Shown here piece by piece: positions 51,345 through 61,564 of a stretch of DNA of 64,000 nucleotides; position 1 is the first letter of the stretch, and each line of letters opens with the position of its first letter. The translations under genes were made by a program, and so were the position numbers. This DNA is from an uncultured bacterium (GTDB lineage: Bacteria; Zixibacteria; MSB-5A5; CAIYYT01). The notes under the pieces were generated by a model that saw only the letters and a program-made list of their open reading frames with translations, searched no databases and had not been told where the DNA came from. Location: contig CAVSCK010000004.1 of assembly GCA_963726455.1 (NCBI GenBank), positions 1,184,001-1,248,000 on the forward strand. Direction: 5' to 3'.

Positions 51345-52231
51345 GACTCGAAGCAGAATCGTATCTCAAATCTGGCTCCAATGAGGTCAGAATCCTGGAA
51401 TATCGGCTGGGGGGAAGGTCGTTTGGCATCAACATCCTGAAAGTGAAACGGATCGTCAATGAACTGCCACTATTAACTGGAACGCCGAACTCGCCGGAGC
51501 ATGTAGTCGGCGTGTTCCGTGATCGCGAGAGTGTGGTACCGGTGATTGATCTGATGTCCTACCTGGGATTGTCGGATGTCGAGAAAATCGCACACAAGAA
51601 AGTCATCATCACCGAATTCTTTGGCGTGCTCAACGCCTTCTTCGTAGATCATATCGACTGGATACATCATTTCCGCTGGGAAGACGTGATCGATGCCGAC
51701 TCGGTGCTGGCGGCCTTTGATCATAAATATGTGATCGGGATTGTCAAACCGACTGAGAGCCGGATGATACAATTGCTCGATTACGAGACCATCATTCTCG
51801 GGCTGAGTCCCAGTCTGCGTTCGAGGGAGCTGGCGAAAGTGCGCGATCTCAATCATCCATCCTCTGGAAAGCGCGTGCTGATCTCGGAAGATTCGCAGTC
51901 CGTGCGCGACATGCTGACAGTAGAATTATCGGAATACGGGTTTGAGGTTGTCTCAGCCAAGAACGGCCAGGAGGCGCTGGCTCATATCGAGGCGGGTGAA
52001 CTGTTCGACCTCGTGATCTCAGATGTCGAAACACCACAGATGGACGGGTTGGCGCTGACCTGCGCGATCCGCAATCGCGAAGAAACCAGCGATTTGCCGG
52101 TTATCATCTATTCGTCGATCGGCGATCTGGGAATGAAGAAACGCGCCGAATTTCTTAATGCCAGTGCCCATATCACCAAGCTCAATGTTGAAGAGTTGCT
52201 GGAAAAGGTAACTGAGCTGACGACGAACTAG
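51341..52231 (+). CDS. cheV: CheV (CheW plus receiver domain)
   Basis: N-terminal CheW (FGINILKV, VPVIDL) and C-terminal EDS, SDVE.P.MDG and K. Confidence 0.88.
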   Translation: MRLEAESYLKSGSNEVRILEYRLGGRSFGINILKVKRIVNELPLLTGTPNSPEHVVGVFRDRESVVPVIDLMSYLGLSDVEKIAHKKVIITEFFGVLNAFFVDHIDWIHHFRWEDVIDADSVLAAFDHKYVIGIVKPTESRMIQLLDYETIILGLSPSLRSRELAKVRDLNHPSSGKRVLISEDSQSVRDMLTVELSEYGFEVVSAKNGQEALAHIEAGELFDLVISDVETPQMDGLALTCAIRNREETSDLPVIIYSSIGDLGMKKRAEFLNASAHITKLNVEELLEKVTELTTN

Positions 52232-52431
52232 CGCCACCACACCGGTCTCGGCCAATTTACTCTAGGAACCGCGCAGATTACTTCGTCGTCCTCTCACTGC
52301 TCTTCAGCACATTACTCTCTTCACAAGGCCTGAAGGCGGCTTCTCAACAGTCACCCCACATCATAGAATGAGCTTGCCAACCAGGTGCCTCCAGTGTAAG
52401 ATTCTTTAGGCGAGCTATCGACCGGGATGGA

Positions 52432-53652
52432 ATGAGGAATTACCACAGCGAACCAGTCCGAAAAATCATAACTAGTATCGGAACGCGATTAGTCCATGCG
52501 GCGGGGTCACTAATGGTAAGGCCGTTTCTGGCCCGTCCGGTTGCCAAGGATCTTCTCGAAAAAAACGAGCCGCGCTTTCTTTACGTCAGTTTAGCGTACC
52601 GTGGAGACCTGATTCTCTGTTTCCCAGCGATTCGCGCTATCAAACGAAAATTTCCCAAGAGCAAGTTGACTTGCTGGGTCAAGAGTTACAATGTTCCGTT
52701 GGCTCTGATGAACCCTGACATTGACGAAGCCATATCCTATGACTCTTATTCATCGCAAGGCATTCTTCTGCCCCTGGAGTTTATCAGGTTGGCCAGACAT
52801 CGGCCGTTCCTGGAAACTATCAGAGACCGTCACTTTGACTGTATGGTTGACGAAGCGGGATCGGGATTCAGTGCGATGATCGGCGCATTGGCGCGAATTC
52901 CCTATCGTCTCGGCAGAAATGCCCAGGGATATGGATTCCTACATCATGTCGAGTTGCCATATGAAGATGAAGGACATCTGGTGGATCGGAAGGTTCGGTC
53001 GCTTGCAGCGATGGGAATTTCGCTCGAAGATTTTTCTGAGTTGTCCCCTACAATTCGGGTCAAGGCCGAAGAGGCACAACACGCGGTTGAGCAAGCCGGT
53101 ATCCCGAGCGATTGCCAGGGGTTCTTTACTGTGCAGCCATACTCCGGCTGGACGGCGAAAGAATGGTCAGACAAAAAATTCGCCGAAGTAGTTGAGAAAT
53201 TCGGAAGTGTCGCCGGCCTCACTCCTGTGTTCATCGGCAGTTCAGAGGACGTGGTTCGTCTCACGGCTGTCTGCTCAGGGATAAATATTGAGTGTATCAT
53301 CGCTGCCGGAAAACTGGAGCTTGCAGAAACGGCGGCATTAATATCCAGAGCACAAATGCACATTGGCGTTGATTCGCTTGGTTCACATGTTGCTGCGGCA
53401 ACGGGCGTGAAGAGCTTGACGCTGTTCGGCCCGACCAACCCCAGATTGAGCGCCGCACGGAACGTCACGACGGTCAGCATATACAAGAGAATCCAGTGCT
53501 CCCCTGCCAGCGACAGGCAATATTGTGCTAAAGATGCAGGTCGCAGTTGTTCCAACATTGAATGTATGAAGCAACTGACTGTCGAGGAAGTTATGGACGC
53601 CCTGCTGAAACTCTGGCGTGGAGAAGTTGAGTCGACTATATTTGAAGTATAG
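52432..53652 (+). CDS. Glycosyltransferase family 9 (heptosyltransferase-like)
   Basis: GDL, KEW, DS..SH.AAA.G and LFGPT motifs. Confidence 0.9.
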   Translation: MRNYHSEPVRKIITSIGTRLVHAAGSLMVRPFLARPVAKDLLEKNEPRFLYVSLAYRGDLILCFPAIRAIKRKFPKSKLTCWVKSYNVPLALMNPDIDEAISYDSYSSQGILLPLEFIRLARHRPFLETIRDRHFDCMVDEAGSGFSAMIGALARIPYRLGRNAQGYGFLHHVELPYEDEGHLVDRKVRSLAAMGISLEDFSELSPTIRVKAEEAQHAVEQAGIPSDCQGFFTVQPYSGWTAKEWSDKKFAEVVEKFGSVAGLTPVFIGSSEDVVRLTAVCSGINIECIIAAGKLELAETAALISRAQMHIGVDSLGSHVAAATGVKSLTLFGPTNPRLSAARNVTTVSIYKRIQCSPASDRQYCAKDAGRSCSNIECMKQLTVEEVMDALLKLWRGEVESTIFEV

Positions 53653-53684
53653 AGTCGGCTGTGATTGCCATTATTCGATTGAAG

Positions 53685-53713
53685 TTGACGCGCGACTGAC
53701 GTTCTGCTATAAT
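53685..53713 (+). promoter_or_regulatory. sigma70 promoter with extended -10
   Basis: TTGACG-N17-TATAAT with TG at -15/-14. Confidence 0.75.
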
Positions 53714-53744
53714 CGGGCGGCGGATAAACGAAAAGGATACAAAC

Positions 53745-54929
53745 GTGTGGATCGTACAGGCACTTAAGACAGTATTAAAGCGCAGAAGATTCGTGCTGGT
53801 CAATACTCTGATCGTCACGATACTTGCCGCTGGACTGAGTCTGATTCTGCCAAAAACGTTTCGCAGCAAGGCGACCGTACTCCCCCCGGAAAGCCAGTCA
53901 CCTCTAAGCGGGCTGCTCGGCCTGTCCACCAGCCAGATAGCTATGGCGGTTACGAATTTCTCGCTGCCGTTGATGGCGACGCCGTCGGATCTTTATGCCA
54001 GCATGCTCGAATCAGAAACGATACTAAAGAAGGTAGTCGATTCACTTGACCTAAAGACGGTCTACAAGCAAGAGACCGAATGGAAAGCCGTGGCGGCACT
54101 TAAGGATCATATCGCGATTAAAGTCCAGGCTGACGGTATAATCTCGGTCGAAGCGGACGCCCGGAAGGCGCAGTTGGCGTCCGATATCGTCAACTCGCTC
54201 GTGTACTTCCTGGATGACTTCAATCGCCAAATGCAGAACAAGAAAGGCAAAGACTACAGCGAGTTCTTGGCGCGCCGGCTGCAGGAGACCGACAGCGCTC
54301 TCACGAAAGCTCAAAATGCCCTGAAAACTTTCCAGGAAAAGAACAAAGCCGTTGCCCTGGATCTGCAGGCGGAGGCGCTCATCAACAGTCTGGCTCAGCA
54401 AAAGGCCATGCTGACCAGCGCCGAAATCGAATTGGAAATGCTCAAGGGTACGCTGTATCCGACTCACCGGGACGTCATTCGCAAACAGATGGAGGTGAAC
54501 GAAATCAAAGCCAAGCTGCGCGAAATGGAAAACGGCGCCGCGAATCGCACGGATTCAACGTTGTCTGCCCTCGATATCCCCCTCTCGCAGGTTCCTGACC
54601 TTAGTCTGAGATTTGCAATTCTGAAACGCGATGCCAAAATCCAGGAAGCGATTTTCGAGATGCTGTCGCAGCAGGTGGAGGTGGCACGGATACAGGAGCG
54701 TCGCGACACACCAACGATCATGATACTTGATCGCGCTCATCCTGCGGAATTGCCTGTCAAACCGCAGAAGCGGATGATTGTCTTGGCGGCCTTCTTCTTG
54801 ACTTTGTTCGTTACGACGTTGATCGTGTTGATCACGGAGCATCTCCGTGAGAACCGGGGCGACGTCGGGTCAGTAGCTAGCCAGTTTACCGACACCTTGC
54901 GAGACGTTATTAAGAAACCATTCGGTTAG
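53745..54929 (+). CDS. Wzz/Wzc-type polysaccharide chain-length determinant
   Basis: N- and C-terminal TM helices, coiled coil and LD.A.P...P.KP motif. Confidence 0.88.
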   Translation: MWIVQALKTVLKRRRFVLVNTLIVTILAAGLSLILPKTFRSKATVLPPESQSPLSGLLGLSTSQIAMAVTNFSLPLMATPSDLYASMLESETILKKVVDSLDLKTVYKQETEWKAVAALKDHIAIKVQADGIISVEADARKAQLASDIVNSLVYFLDDFNRQMQNKKGKDYSEFLARRLQETDSALTKAQNALKTFQEKNKAVALDLQAEALINSLAQQKAMLTSAEIELEMLKGTLYPTHRDVIRKQMEVNEIKAKLREMENGAANRTDSTLSALDIPLSQVPDLSLRFAILKRDAKIQEAIFEMLSQQVEVARIQERRDTPTIMILDRAHPAELPVKPQKRMIVLAAFFLTLFVTTLIVLITEHLRENRGDVGSVASQFTDTLRDVIKKPFG

Positions 54930-54973
54930 CCGCGACATGCGCGGGGCGCAAGAATCAAGACATCCAAAGTCTC

Positions 54974-56011
54974 TCAGATCAGTTCCACCAATCGCAATGG
55001 CTGCCAGGTCTTGAGATCGAAACGGATCCAGCGAATCACACCCTTAAAATCCATCGTAACCTCGGCATAATTTGACTTGGGCGGAATGGAGAACGTCAGG
55101 ATGTCGTCACCATACTGGGACAAATCGACTTTCCCGGTTTGAAAAAAAGTGTCGGGATTAAGCATCAGAACGTCGGTTTTGCCTGCAACCGCAACGAGGG
55201 TCTTGTTGGTCACTTCGAATTGAATTTCGCGAGGCCGGTCTAGTCCATCCTTGGTTCCAAGAATCTCGCCTTCGCCGAACATCACGTGATAGATCTTTCC
55301 TTGTTTGGTGTCACAGGAGAAGAAGGAGTTGCCGTCAAAGGCGAATACCGCGTTGTCCAGAAACTTGGCGTCCTTGATAATGATAGTCTGGCACAGGTAT
55401 TTGTTGTCTGTCAGTATCTGGGTCACACTGGCGCGGGCGCCGTTGGCGGTGATGATTTTTCCAGACGGTCCGGGTGACATATTTCGCGGCCCGATCTTGC
55501 CGTTATCCGTAATGGTCAACGGAAAGTAATATAAGAACTTCATTGAGTCTGGGCTGAACACGCGGAAGTAGGTTGAGTCCTCAGACGTGATAAACAGCAG
55601 TTTCTTGATCGGATGGTACAGCAGATCCGTCGGCGGCTGGGCGAACTCAAGAGTATTGATAGTTCTGCCCTGACGGGGGTCGAAGACCCTGAGTGACGGT
55701 TTTGGCATACCGACGGCTTCGTAGACCCAATTGCGGCCCATGTCGTATGCGATGGCAACGACATTGTCGCCTAGCAGATAGCGATTCGAAATTTTGTTGG
55801 TGTTCAGGTCGATCTCGAACATTGTTTTCTGGCTCTTGTCGAGCACGTAGTACTTGTCCGACGTCGGCAACTGGGCTGGTGTCGTCCCGGCCGCCTGGGA
55901 GGCATTCGAAGCCGACGCTGATTTCTGAGCGGCGTTTTGATTGTCGCGACTGCACGACCAGAGGCATATCGCGAGGAGACATACGAGACCGAGGCGAAAG
56001 AGATTCTTCAT
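54974..56011 (-). CDS. Lipoprotein, YncE-like beta-propeller
   Basis: Lipobox LWSC and repeated beta-blade motifs. Confidence 0.7.
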   Translation of the reverse strand: MKNLFRLGLVCLLAICLWSCSRDNQNAAQKSASASNASQAAGTTPAQLPTSDKYYVLDKSQKTMFEIDLNTNKISNRYLLGDNVVAIAYDMGRNWVYEAVGMPKPSLRVFDPRQGRTINTLEFAQPPTDLLYHPIKKLLFITSEDSTYFRVFSPDSMKFLYYFPLTITDNGKIGPRNMSPGPSGKIITANGARASVTQILTDNKYLCQTIIIKDAKFLDNAVFAFDGNSFFSCDTKQGKIYHVMFGEGEILGTKDGLDRPREIQFEVTNKTLVAVAGKTDVLMLNPDTFFQTGKVDLSQYGDDILTFSIPPKSNYAEVTMDFKGVIRWIRFDLKTWQPLRLVELI

Positions 56012-56022
56012 TATAAACTTCC

Positions 56023-56631
56023 CTAAAAACCGGTATTTACGTGAACTCCGAGAAACAGGTTCCAGGCGCTGGGAGCGATCTGGACGCTATTTCCCCCCAG
56101 AGATAGATTTGTCTTTGCGAAAGAAGTGTACCCAAGCCCTGCCTCCAGATTGATCGCCGGCGCCAGCGCGTAGCGCACACCGCCGTTAATCTGGTATCCG
56201 AACTTCGTGGCGGAATTCTTGACAGAGTGATTGTTGAGTATGGTCTCTTGTTGAACTGATGCCAATCGCGCCAGTAGCTCAAAGAAAGGTTTCACTACTG
56301 GTGTCGGTGGCTCTAGCCGCGCGCCCACAGCGACACCGCTGACCGTAATGCGCGAGGTTTCATTGAGTGCCACGAAAGTAAAGGGCCAGGTATAATGTTT
56401 GTCACCAAATTTCAGCCGATCATAAGCAACGACCATTCTAACGGCGCTGATTGGCAGCACGCGAAAGTCGGCGAGGACGTCAATACCCCAGCCGAGTTTG
56501 GCATAGTCGTTGAAATTGCCGACCGGAAGTCCCGAACCGACACGCAGGCCCACTCCACCAAAGGCGGGACTTGCGGCGGAAATTGCCGTGGCCAAGACGA
56601 GTATGACGACGAACGAACGAAACATAGTCAT
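56023..56631 (-). CDS. Small outer-membrane beta-barrel protein
   Basis: Signal peptide, amphipathic strands, GGVRY and terminal F. Confidence 0.75.
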   Translation of the reverse strand: MTMFRSFVVILVLATAISAASPAFGGVGLRVGSGLPVGNFNDYAKLGWGIDVLADFRVLPISAVRMVVAYDRLKFGDKHYTWPFTFVALNETSRITVSGVAVGARLEPPTPVVKPFFELLARLASVQQETILNNHSVKNSATKFGYQINGGVRYALAPAINLEAGLGYTSFAKTNLSLGGNSVQIAPSAWNLFLGVHVNTGF

Positions 56632-56846
56632 ATATAGTACCCTCGACGATCGGTGGAGGCAACAAATAATACGGGACACGGACCGCAAATTCCTATTGCC
56701 GCGGACGGACAAGTGTCTGTCGCCAAAATGTTTGTGTTCGTTAATTTTGGGAAACAATCGTATACTTTTGGTGTTCTGGTAGACAGTTGGCGGGAATCAA
56801 AGGTCACGGGAAATAAATCCGGGCACTGTGGGAAATTGACAGGTTA

Positions 56847-57755
56847 ATGAGTCAGAAATCGTTATCGCTCTCAATATCGCGACCCCAAAGCATTACTAAT
56901 CTACTCTCCAGCTATCTGCAATTGACGAAGCCATCGATCATGTTGCTGGTTCTGGTTACAGGTGCGACCTCGATGATCATCGAAGGAAGCTTATTGTCGC
57001 AGCCGGCAAAGTTTCTGTTGGTGTTAACAGGACTCTACCTCACCGGCGGTTGCGCCAATGCCCTCAACCAGTATTTCGAACGTGAAGTCGATGCGCGCAT
57101 GTCGCGGACACGAATGAGACGTCCCCTGCCCCTGCACAAGATCGGCGCCCTGCATGCATTGGGATTTGCCGTGACGATCGGGATCGTGGGCGTCGCCATA
57201 TTCGGCGTCTTCTTTAATGTGCTTACTGCCGCATTGTCCCTGGGCACGATTCTGTTTTACAGTCTTGCCTACACGCTCTGGCTGAAACCAAGGACGTGGC
57301 AAAATATCGTCATCGGTGGGGTTGCCGGCGCGATGGCGCCTGTCGGAGCATGGACTGCGGCCACTGGAGCAATGGCGTGGGCGCCCTGGATCATGTTTCT
57401 GATCATTTTCTTCTGGACGCCGCCTCATTTCTGGTCGCTGGCGCTGTTCATCAAAGATGACTATGTGCAGGTTCATTATCCGATGTTACCGGTGGTCAAA
57501 GGCGATAGAGCCACGTTGAGATGGATTCTGCTGTATACCGCCATTCTAGTACCGGTAAGTCTCGCGCCGGCGCTGGCGGGTTCGGGGATTCTCTACCTGA
57601 GCGCCGCGGCAATACTCGGAGCGGTATTTATCTGGAAGGCGTTCGTCGCCTATAAGAACACCGATAGACAACGTGCCCGCGGGCTATTTGGATTTTCCAT
57701 AGTGTATCTGTTTGCGATATTCGGGGCTTTGGTAATAGACAAGTTGAATTGGTAA
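56847..57755 (+). CDS. ctaB: Heme o synthase (protoheme IX farnesyltransferase)
   Basis: LTKP, D.RM.RT..RP, NIVIGG.AGA and WTPPHFWSLA motifs. Confidence 0.95.
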   Translation: MSQKSLSLSISRPQSITNLLSSYLQLTKPSIMLLVLVTGATSMIIEGSLLSQPAKFLLVLTGLYLTGGCANALNQYFEREVDARMSRTRMRRPLPLHKIGALHALGFAVTIGIVGVAIFGVFFNVLTAALSLGTILFYSLAYTLWLKPRTWQNIVIGGVAGAMAPVGAWTAATGAMAWAPWIMFLIIFFWTPPHFWSLALFIKDDYVQVHYPMLPVVKGDRATLRWILLYTAILVPVSLAPALAGSGILYLSAAAILGAVFIWKAFVAYKNTDRQRARGLFGFSIVYLFAIFGALVIDKLNW

Positions 57756-57784
57756 GGTGCGCGGCACGTCCGGCGCGTTTTTAG

Positions 57785-57813
57785 TTGACAGGGCTGGGTT
57801 ACGATGATACAAT
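57785..57813 (+). promoter_or_regulatory. sigma70 promoter of the act operon
   Basis: TTGACA-N17-TACAAT. Confidence 0.7.
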
Positions 57814-57924
57814 CGCGATGAGGAAAGACCCGAATAAATAGATAATATCGATTTACTTTATCATCGATAGAAGCGGGCTGGGTGCCGAGAGCGATCCCAA
57901 AGATACAAAGGATGAGGTCCGGAT

Positions 57925-58572
57925 TTGCCACAGATTTTTCCTCCATGGACAAATAAGCTCCCCCTGATTGTCGCCATCGGTATTGTCGTAGTCGTGATAG
58001 GTGTAATCGGCTTCTTCTGGTATTACGGTTCGCCCAAGTATACGGACGTCGGCTATCGCCCCAAACAGCCGGTTCCCTACAGTCATAAGCTGCACGCAGG
58101 CGATCTGGGAATGGATTGCCGGTACTGCCACAGCGACGTAGAAGTGTCGCCCGTAGCCAATGTACCTGCGACACAGACCTGCATGAATTGCCACAAGCTG
58201 ATCCTGCCCCAGAGCGAGAAACTGCTGCCGATTCGCGAGAGCTGGATGACCGGGATACCGTTGAAATGGGTGCGCGTACACGAGTTGCCGGAATTCGTCT
58301 ATTTCAACCATGCACCGCACCTGAATGCCGGAGTCGGTTGCTCCAGTTGCCATGGCGATGTCCGGCGCGAGGATGAAGTCACCCAGTTGATGCCGTTAAG
58401 CATGTCCTGGTGCCTTGATTGTCACCGCAATCCCGTCAACAGCATTCGGCCGCGCGAGGAACTGACCAACACCGAATGGTCACCGCCTGCAGATCAAGAG
58501 GCGTTTGGAAAACGAATGATCGCAGAACGCAATATCAAGCCACCAACGGAATGTTCAGGGTGCCACCGATGA
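57925..58572 (+). CDS. actA: Alternative complex III pentaheme cytochrome c subunit
   Basis: One TM helix, QPVPYSH..H and five CxxCH motifs. TTG start. Confidence 0.92.
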   Translation: MPQIFPPWTNKLPLIVAIGIVVVVIGVIGFFWYYGSPKYTDVGYRPKQPVPYSHKLHAGDLGMDCRYCHSDVEVSPVANVPATQTCMNCHKLILPQSEKLLPIRESWMTGIPLKWVRVHELPEFVYFNHAPHLNAGVGCSSCHGDVRREDEVTQLMPLSMSWCLDCHRNPVNSIRPREELTNTEWSPPADQEAFGKRMIAERNIKPPTECSGCHR

Positions 58573-61538
58573 GCAACAACAAGAAGGGCGATCCCAAGCA
58601 GTATTGGCGGAGTCTCGCTGAGCTGGAAAATTCGGCTTCAGAGGTTACGGAGAGACAACCGGAATTTCCGGAAGGAACATTCGATCCGCCGAACCGGGTG
58701 ACAAGACGAAACTTCCTGACCATGATGAGCGCCTCACTTGCTCTCGCGGGAGTTGGCTGCTTCCGCAAGCCACTCGAAAAGATCGTTCCCTACGTCATTC
58801 AACCCGAGGAAGTGATTCCGGGTGTGGCGCAACACTACGCCACGACTATGCCATTCGGGCTGGACGCCTTCGGATTGGTCGTGGAGAGCCATGAGGGCAG
58901 ACCTACCAAAATCGAAGGGAACAAGAATCATTCGTCATCGTTGGGCGGCACAAATCCGCTGATACAGGCATCGATCCTGGGGCTTTACGATCCCGATCGT
59001 TCGAAGATTACTCTCAATCATGGCTCTGATAGTAGTTGGGACGATTTCGTGACGTTCTGGCGCAAAGCACATCTCCACTTTGCTGAGACGAAAGGCGCCG
59101 GCCTTGCGGTACTCAGCGAAGCATTTTCATCGCCGACGATGGCGAGATTGAAGGCGGAATTTCTAAGTCAATTTCCGCAGGCGGTTTGGGTGACTTACGA
59201 ACCGGTTAGTGATGAGAATATATATGAGGGCGTGCGGATCGCCTCCGGCAAGCCACTAAGGCCGGTGTATTCGTATGGCAAGGCCGACGTTATCGTATCA
59301 TTGGATTCAGATTTTCTGTTTGGCGAGAGCGACAACGTAGCGGCCGCCAGAGGATTTGCCGACGGTCGACGCATCACCTCCGAGCATGACACGATGAATC
59401 GGCTTTATGTTGCCGAGGGTGTGTTCAGCTTGACCGGAACTATGGCAGATCATCGTTTGCGTGTCGAGAGTTCTCAAATTGCGCCGCTCGCTGCAGCGTT
59501 GGCCGCAGAACTCAGCCGACGGGGACTGCAGATTCCGATTGCTGGAAGACTCGGAAGTTACAGTGATACCAGCTTTGATAAGAAATGGCTGGCGGCAGCG
59601 GCTTCCGACTTGATCGCTGCCAAAGGCAAGGGTGTCGTTGTCGCAGGGCGACGCCAACCGCCGATTGTTCACGCGTTGGCGCTGGCAATCAATCAGGCGC
59701 TGGGAAATGTTGGCGCGACGGTCTCGTATCGTGAGATAACCGATTGTGAAGTGCCCAGCAGGGCTGCTCTCGGCGATCTGACGAAGAAGATGCTCAACAG
59801 CCAGGTTGACACTGTTGTGATAATTGGCGGGAATCCGGTATACGACGCGCCCGCGGATTTGGATTTCGTGAATGCTCTGGCCCAGGTGCCGAACCGCATC
59901 GGACTGGGAATGTATCTGGATGAGACGGCCGACACAATGATCTGGCATTTGCCACAAGCGCATTATCTGGAATCCTGGGGCGACGCCCGTTCCGCCGACG
60001 GCACGGCGAGCGTAATTCAGCCGTTGATTCTACCCCTATTCGGTGGCCACAGTTCGGTCGAATTGCTTGGACTGCTCGCAAGTGGAATCGAGGGCCGTGG
60101 ATACGATATCGTGCGGCAAACGTGGAACAAGTTTCTGACGGGCAGTTTCGAGCGGAACTGGGAGGGCGTGCTGTTCGAAGGCCGGCTGGCATACTCGGCA
60201 TTGCCGTTGGTTACGCCGGCAGTCGATGATAGCGCAATGGCTCAGTTGATCAATCAGGGCGGCCTGAAAGCGTCTGCGCAATCGACGGGCACATTCGAAG
60301 TTGTGTTTGCTCAATCGGCGATGCTATACGACGGGAGATTTGCCAACAACGGCTGGCTGCAGGAAGCACCGCATCCGGTGACGAAGATCACCTGGGACAA
60401 CGTCGCGCTGATTAGTCCGGCGGCTGCTCGGGAACTGAATGTTGACAACGGCGATATCGTGAAAATCACGGTCGACGGAAACAGCATCAAGATTCCGGCC
60501 TGGATTCAGCCGGGACAGGCGGAACGAACGGTCACACTCGACCTGGGATATGGCAGAAGACTTTCGGGGAGAGTCGGCAAGAACATTGGTGTCGATGTCT
60601 ACCCGATACGAACAACTTCGAGCAGCGACTTTGTTTCCGGCGTGGCGATAACGCCAAACGGAAGAACCTGCAAAATCTCAACAACACAAGACCACGATGT
60701 TATGGAGGGCCGGCCCCTCGTACGCGAGGCGACATTAGCTGAGTACAGGCAGAAGCCGACCTTTGCACAGAATGTGGTCGAGCATCCGCCGCTGCAATCG
60801 CTCTGGACGGAATATGATTACTCGAAGGGCAACCAATGGGGAATGACGGTTGATTTGACCACCTGCATCGGCTGCGCCGCGTGCGCACTCGCGTGTCAAA
60901 GCGAAAACAACACCGTTGTCGTCGGCAAGAAGCAGGTCGGCAAAGGTCGGCGCATGCACTGGATACGTGTGGATCGCTACTATCAGGGCACAAGCGACGA
61001 TCCCGAGGTCGTTCACCAGGTGGTCGCCTGCCAGCATTGCGAGAATGCGCCCTGCGAGCAGGTCTGCCCGGTGGCGGCGACGTTGCATGACAGCGAAGGT
61101 TTGAACTTACAGGTTTACAATCGTTGCATAGGCACCCGTTATTGTTCCAACAACTGCCCCTACAAAGTTCGTCGTTTCAATTTCTTCAATTACACCAAGG
61201 ACACGCCGGAGATCGTGCGGATGGCGATGAACCCCGACGTCACGGTGCGCTCTCGGGGCGTGATGGAGAAGTGCACGTTCTGTCTGCACCGAATCAATCG
61301 CGCTAAGATTAAGGCGAAACTGGATGGCCGGGAACTGCACGACGGCGAGGTGGTCACGGCGTGCCAGCAGGCATGCCCAACCGGAGCAATTGTCTTCGGC
61401 AACATTGTGGATGCCAACAGCAGGGTGAGCCAAACGAAGAAGCAGAACCGCAATTATGCGTTGTTGGATGAACTGAATACCAAGCCGCGCTTGTCGTACC
61501 TGGCGCGAATAAGAAATCCAAACCCGAACCTGGGCTAA
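58569..61538 (+). CDS. actB: Alternative complex III subunit B (Tat molybdopterin-oxidoreductase-like plus Fe-S)
   Basis: YWRSL.EL, RRNFL, GRPTKIEGN and CIGC..C, CQHC...PC, CIGTRYC, MEKCTFC motifs. Confidence 0.95.
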   Translation: MSNNKKGDPKQYWRSLAELENSASEVTERQPEFPEGTFDPPNRVTRRNFLTMMSASLALAGVGCFRKPLEKIVPYVIQPEEVIPGVAQHYATTMPFGLDAFGLVVESHEGRPTKIEGNKNHSSSLGGTNPLIQASILGLYDPDRSKITLNHGSDSSWDDFVTFWRKAHLHFAETKGAGLAVLSEAFSSPTMARLKAEFLSQFPQAVWVTYEPVSDENIYEGVRIASGKPLRPVYSYGKADVIVSLDSDFLFGESDNVAAARGFADGRRITSEHDTMNRLYVAEGVFSLTGTMADHRLRVESSQIAPLAAALAAELSRRGLQIPIAGRLGSYSDTSFDKKWLAAAASDLIAAKGKGVVVAGRRQPPIVHALALAINQALGNVGATVSYREITDCEVPSRAALGDLTKKMLNSQVDTVVIIGGNPVYDAPADLDFVNALAQVPNRIGLGMYLDETADTMIWHLPQAHYLESWGDARSADGTASVIQPLILPLFGGHSSVELLGLLASGIEGRGYDIVRQTWNKFLTGSFERNWEGVLFEGRLAYSALPLVTPAVDDSAMAQLINQGGLKASAQSTGTFEVVFAQSAMLYDGRFANNGWLQEAPHPVTKITWDNVALISPAAARELNVDNGDIVKITVDGNSIKIPAWIQPGQAERTVTLDLGYGRRLSGRVGKNIGVDVYPIRTTSSSDFVSGVAITPNGRTCKISTTQDHDVMEGRPLVREATLAEYRQKPTFAQNVVEHPPLQSLWTEYDYSKGNQWGMTVDLTTCIGCAACALACQSENNTVVVGKKQVGKGRRMHWIRVDRYYQGTSDDPEVVHQVVACQHCENAPCEQVCPVAATLHDSEGLNLQVYNRCIGTRYCSNNCPYKVRRFNFFNYTKDTPEIVRMAMNPDVTVRSRGVMEKCTFCLHRINRAKIKAKLDGRELHDGEVVTACQQACPTGAIVFGNIVDANSRVSQTKKQNRNYALLDELNTKPRLSYLARIRNPNPNLG

Positions 61539-61564
61539 TATCGAAACATGGCGGGAATAAACAG

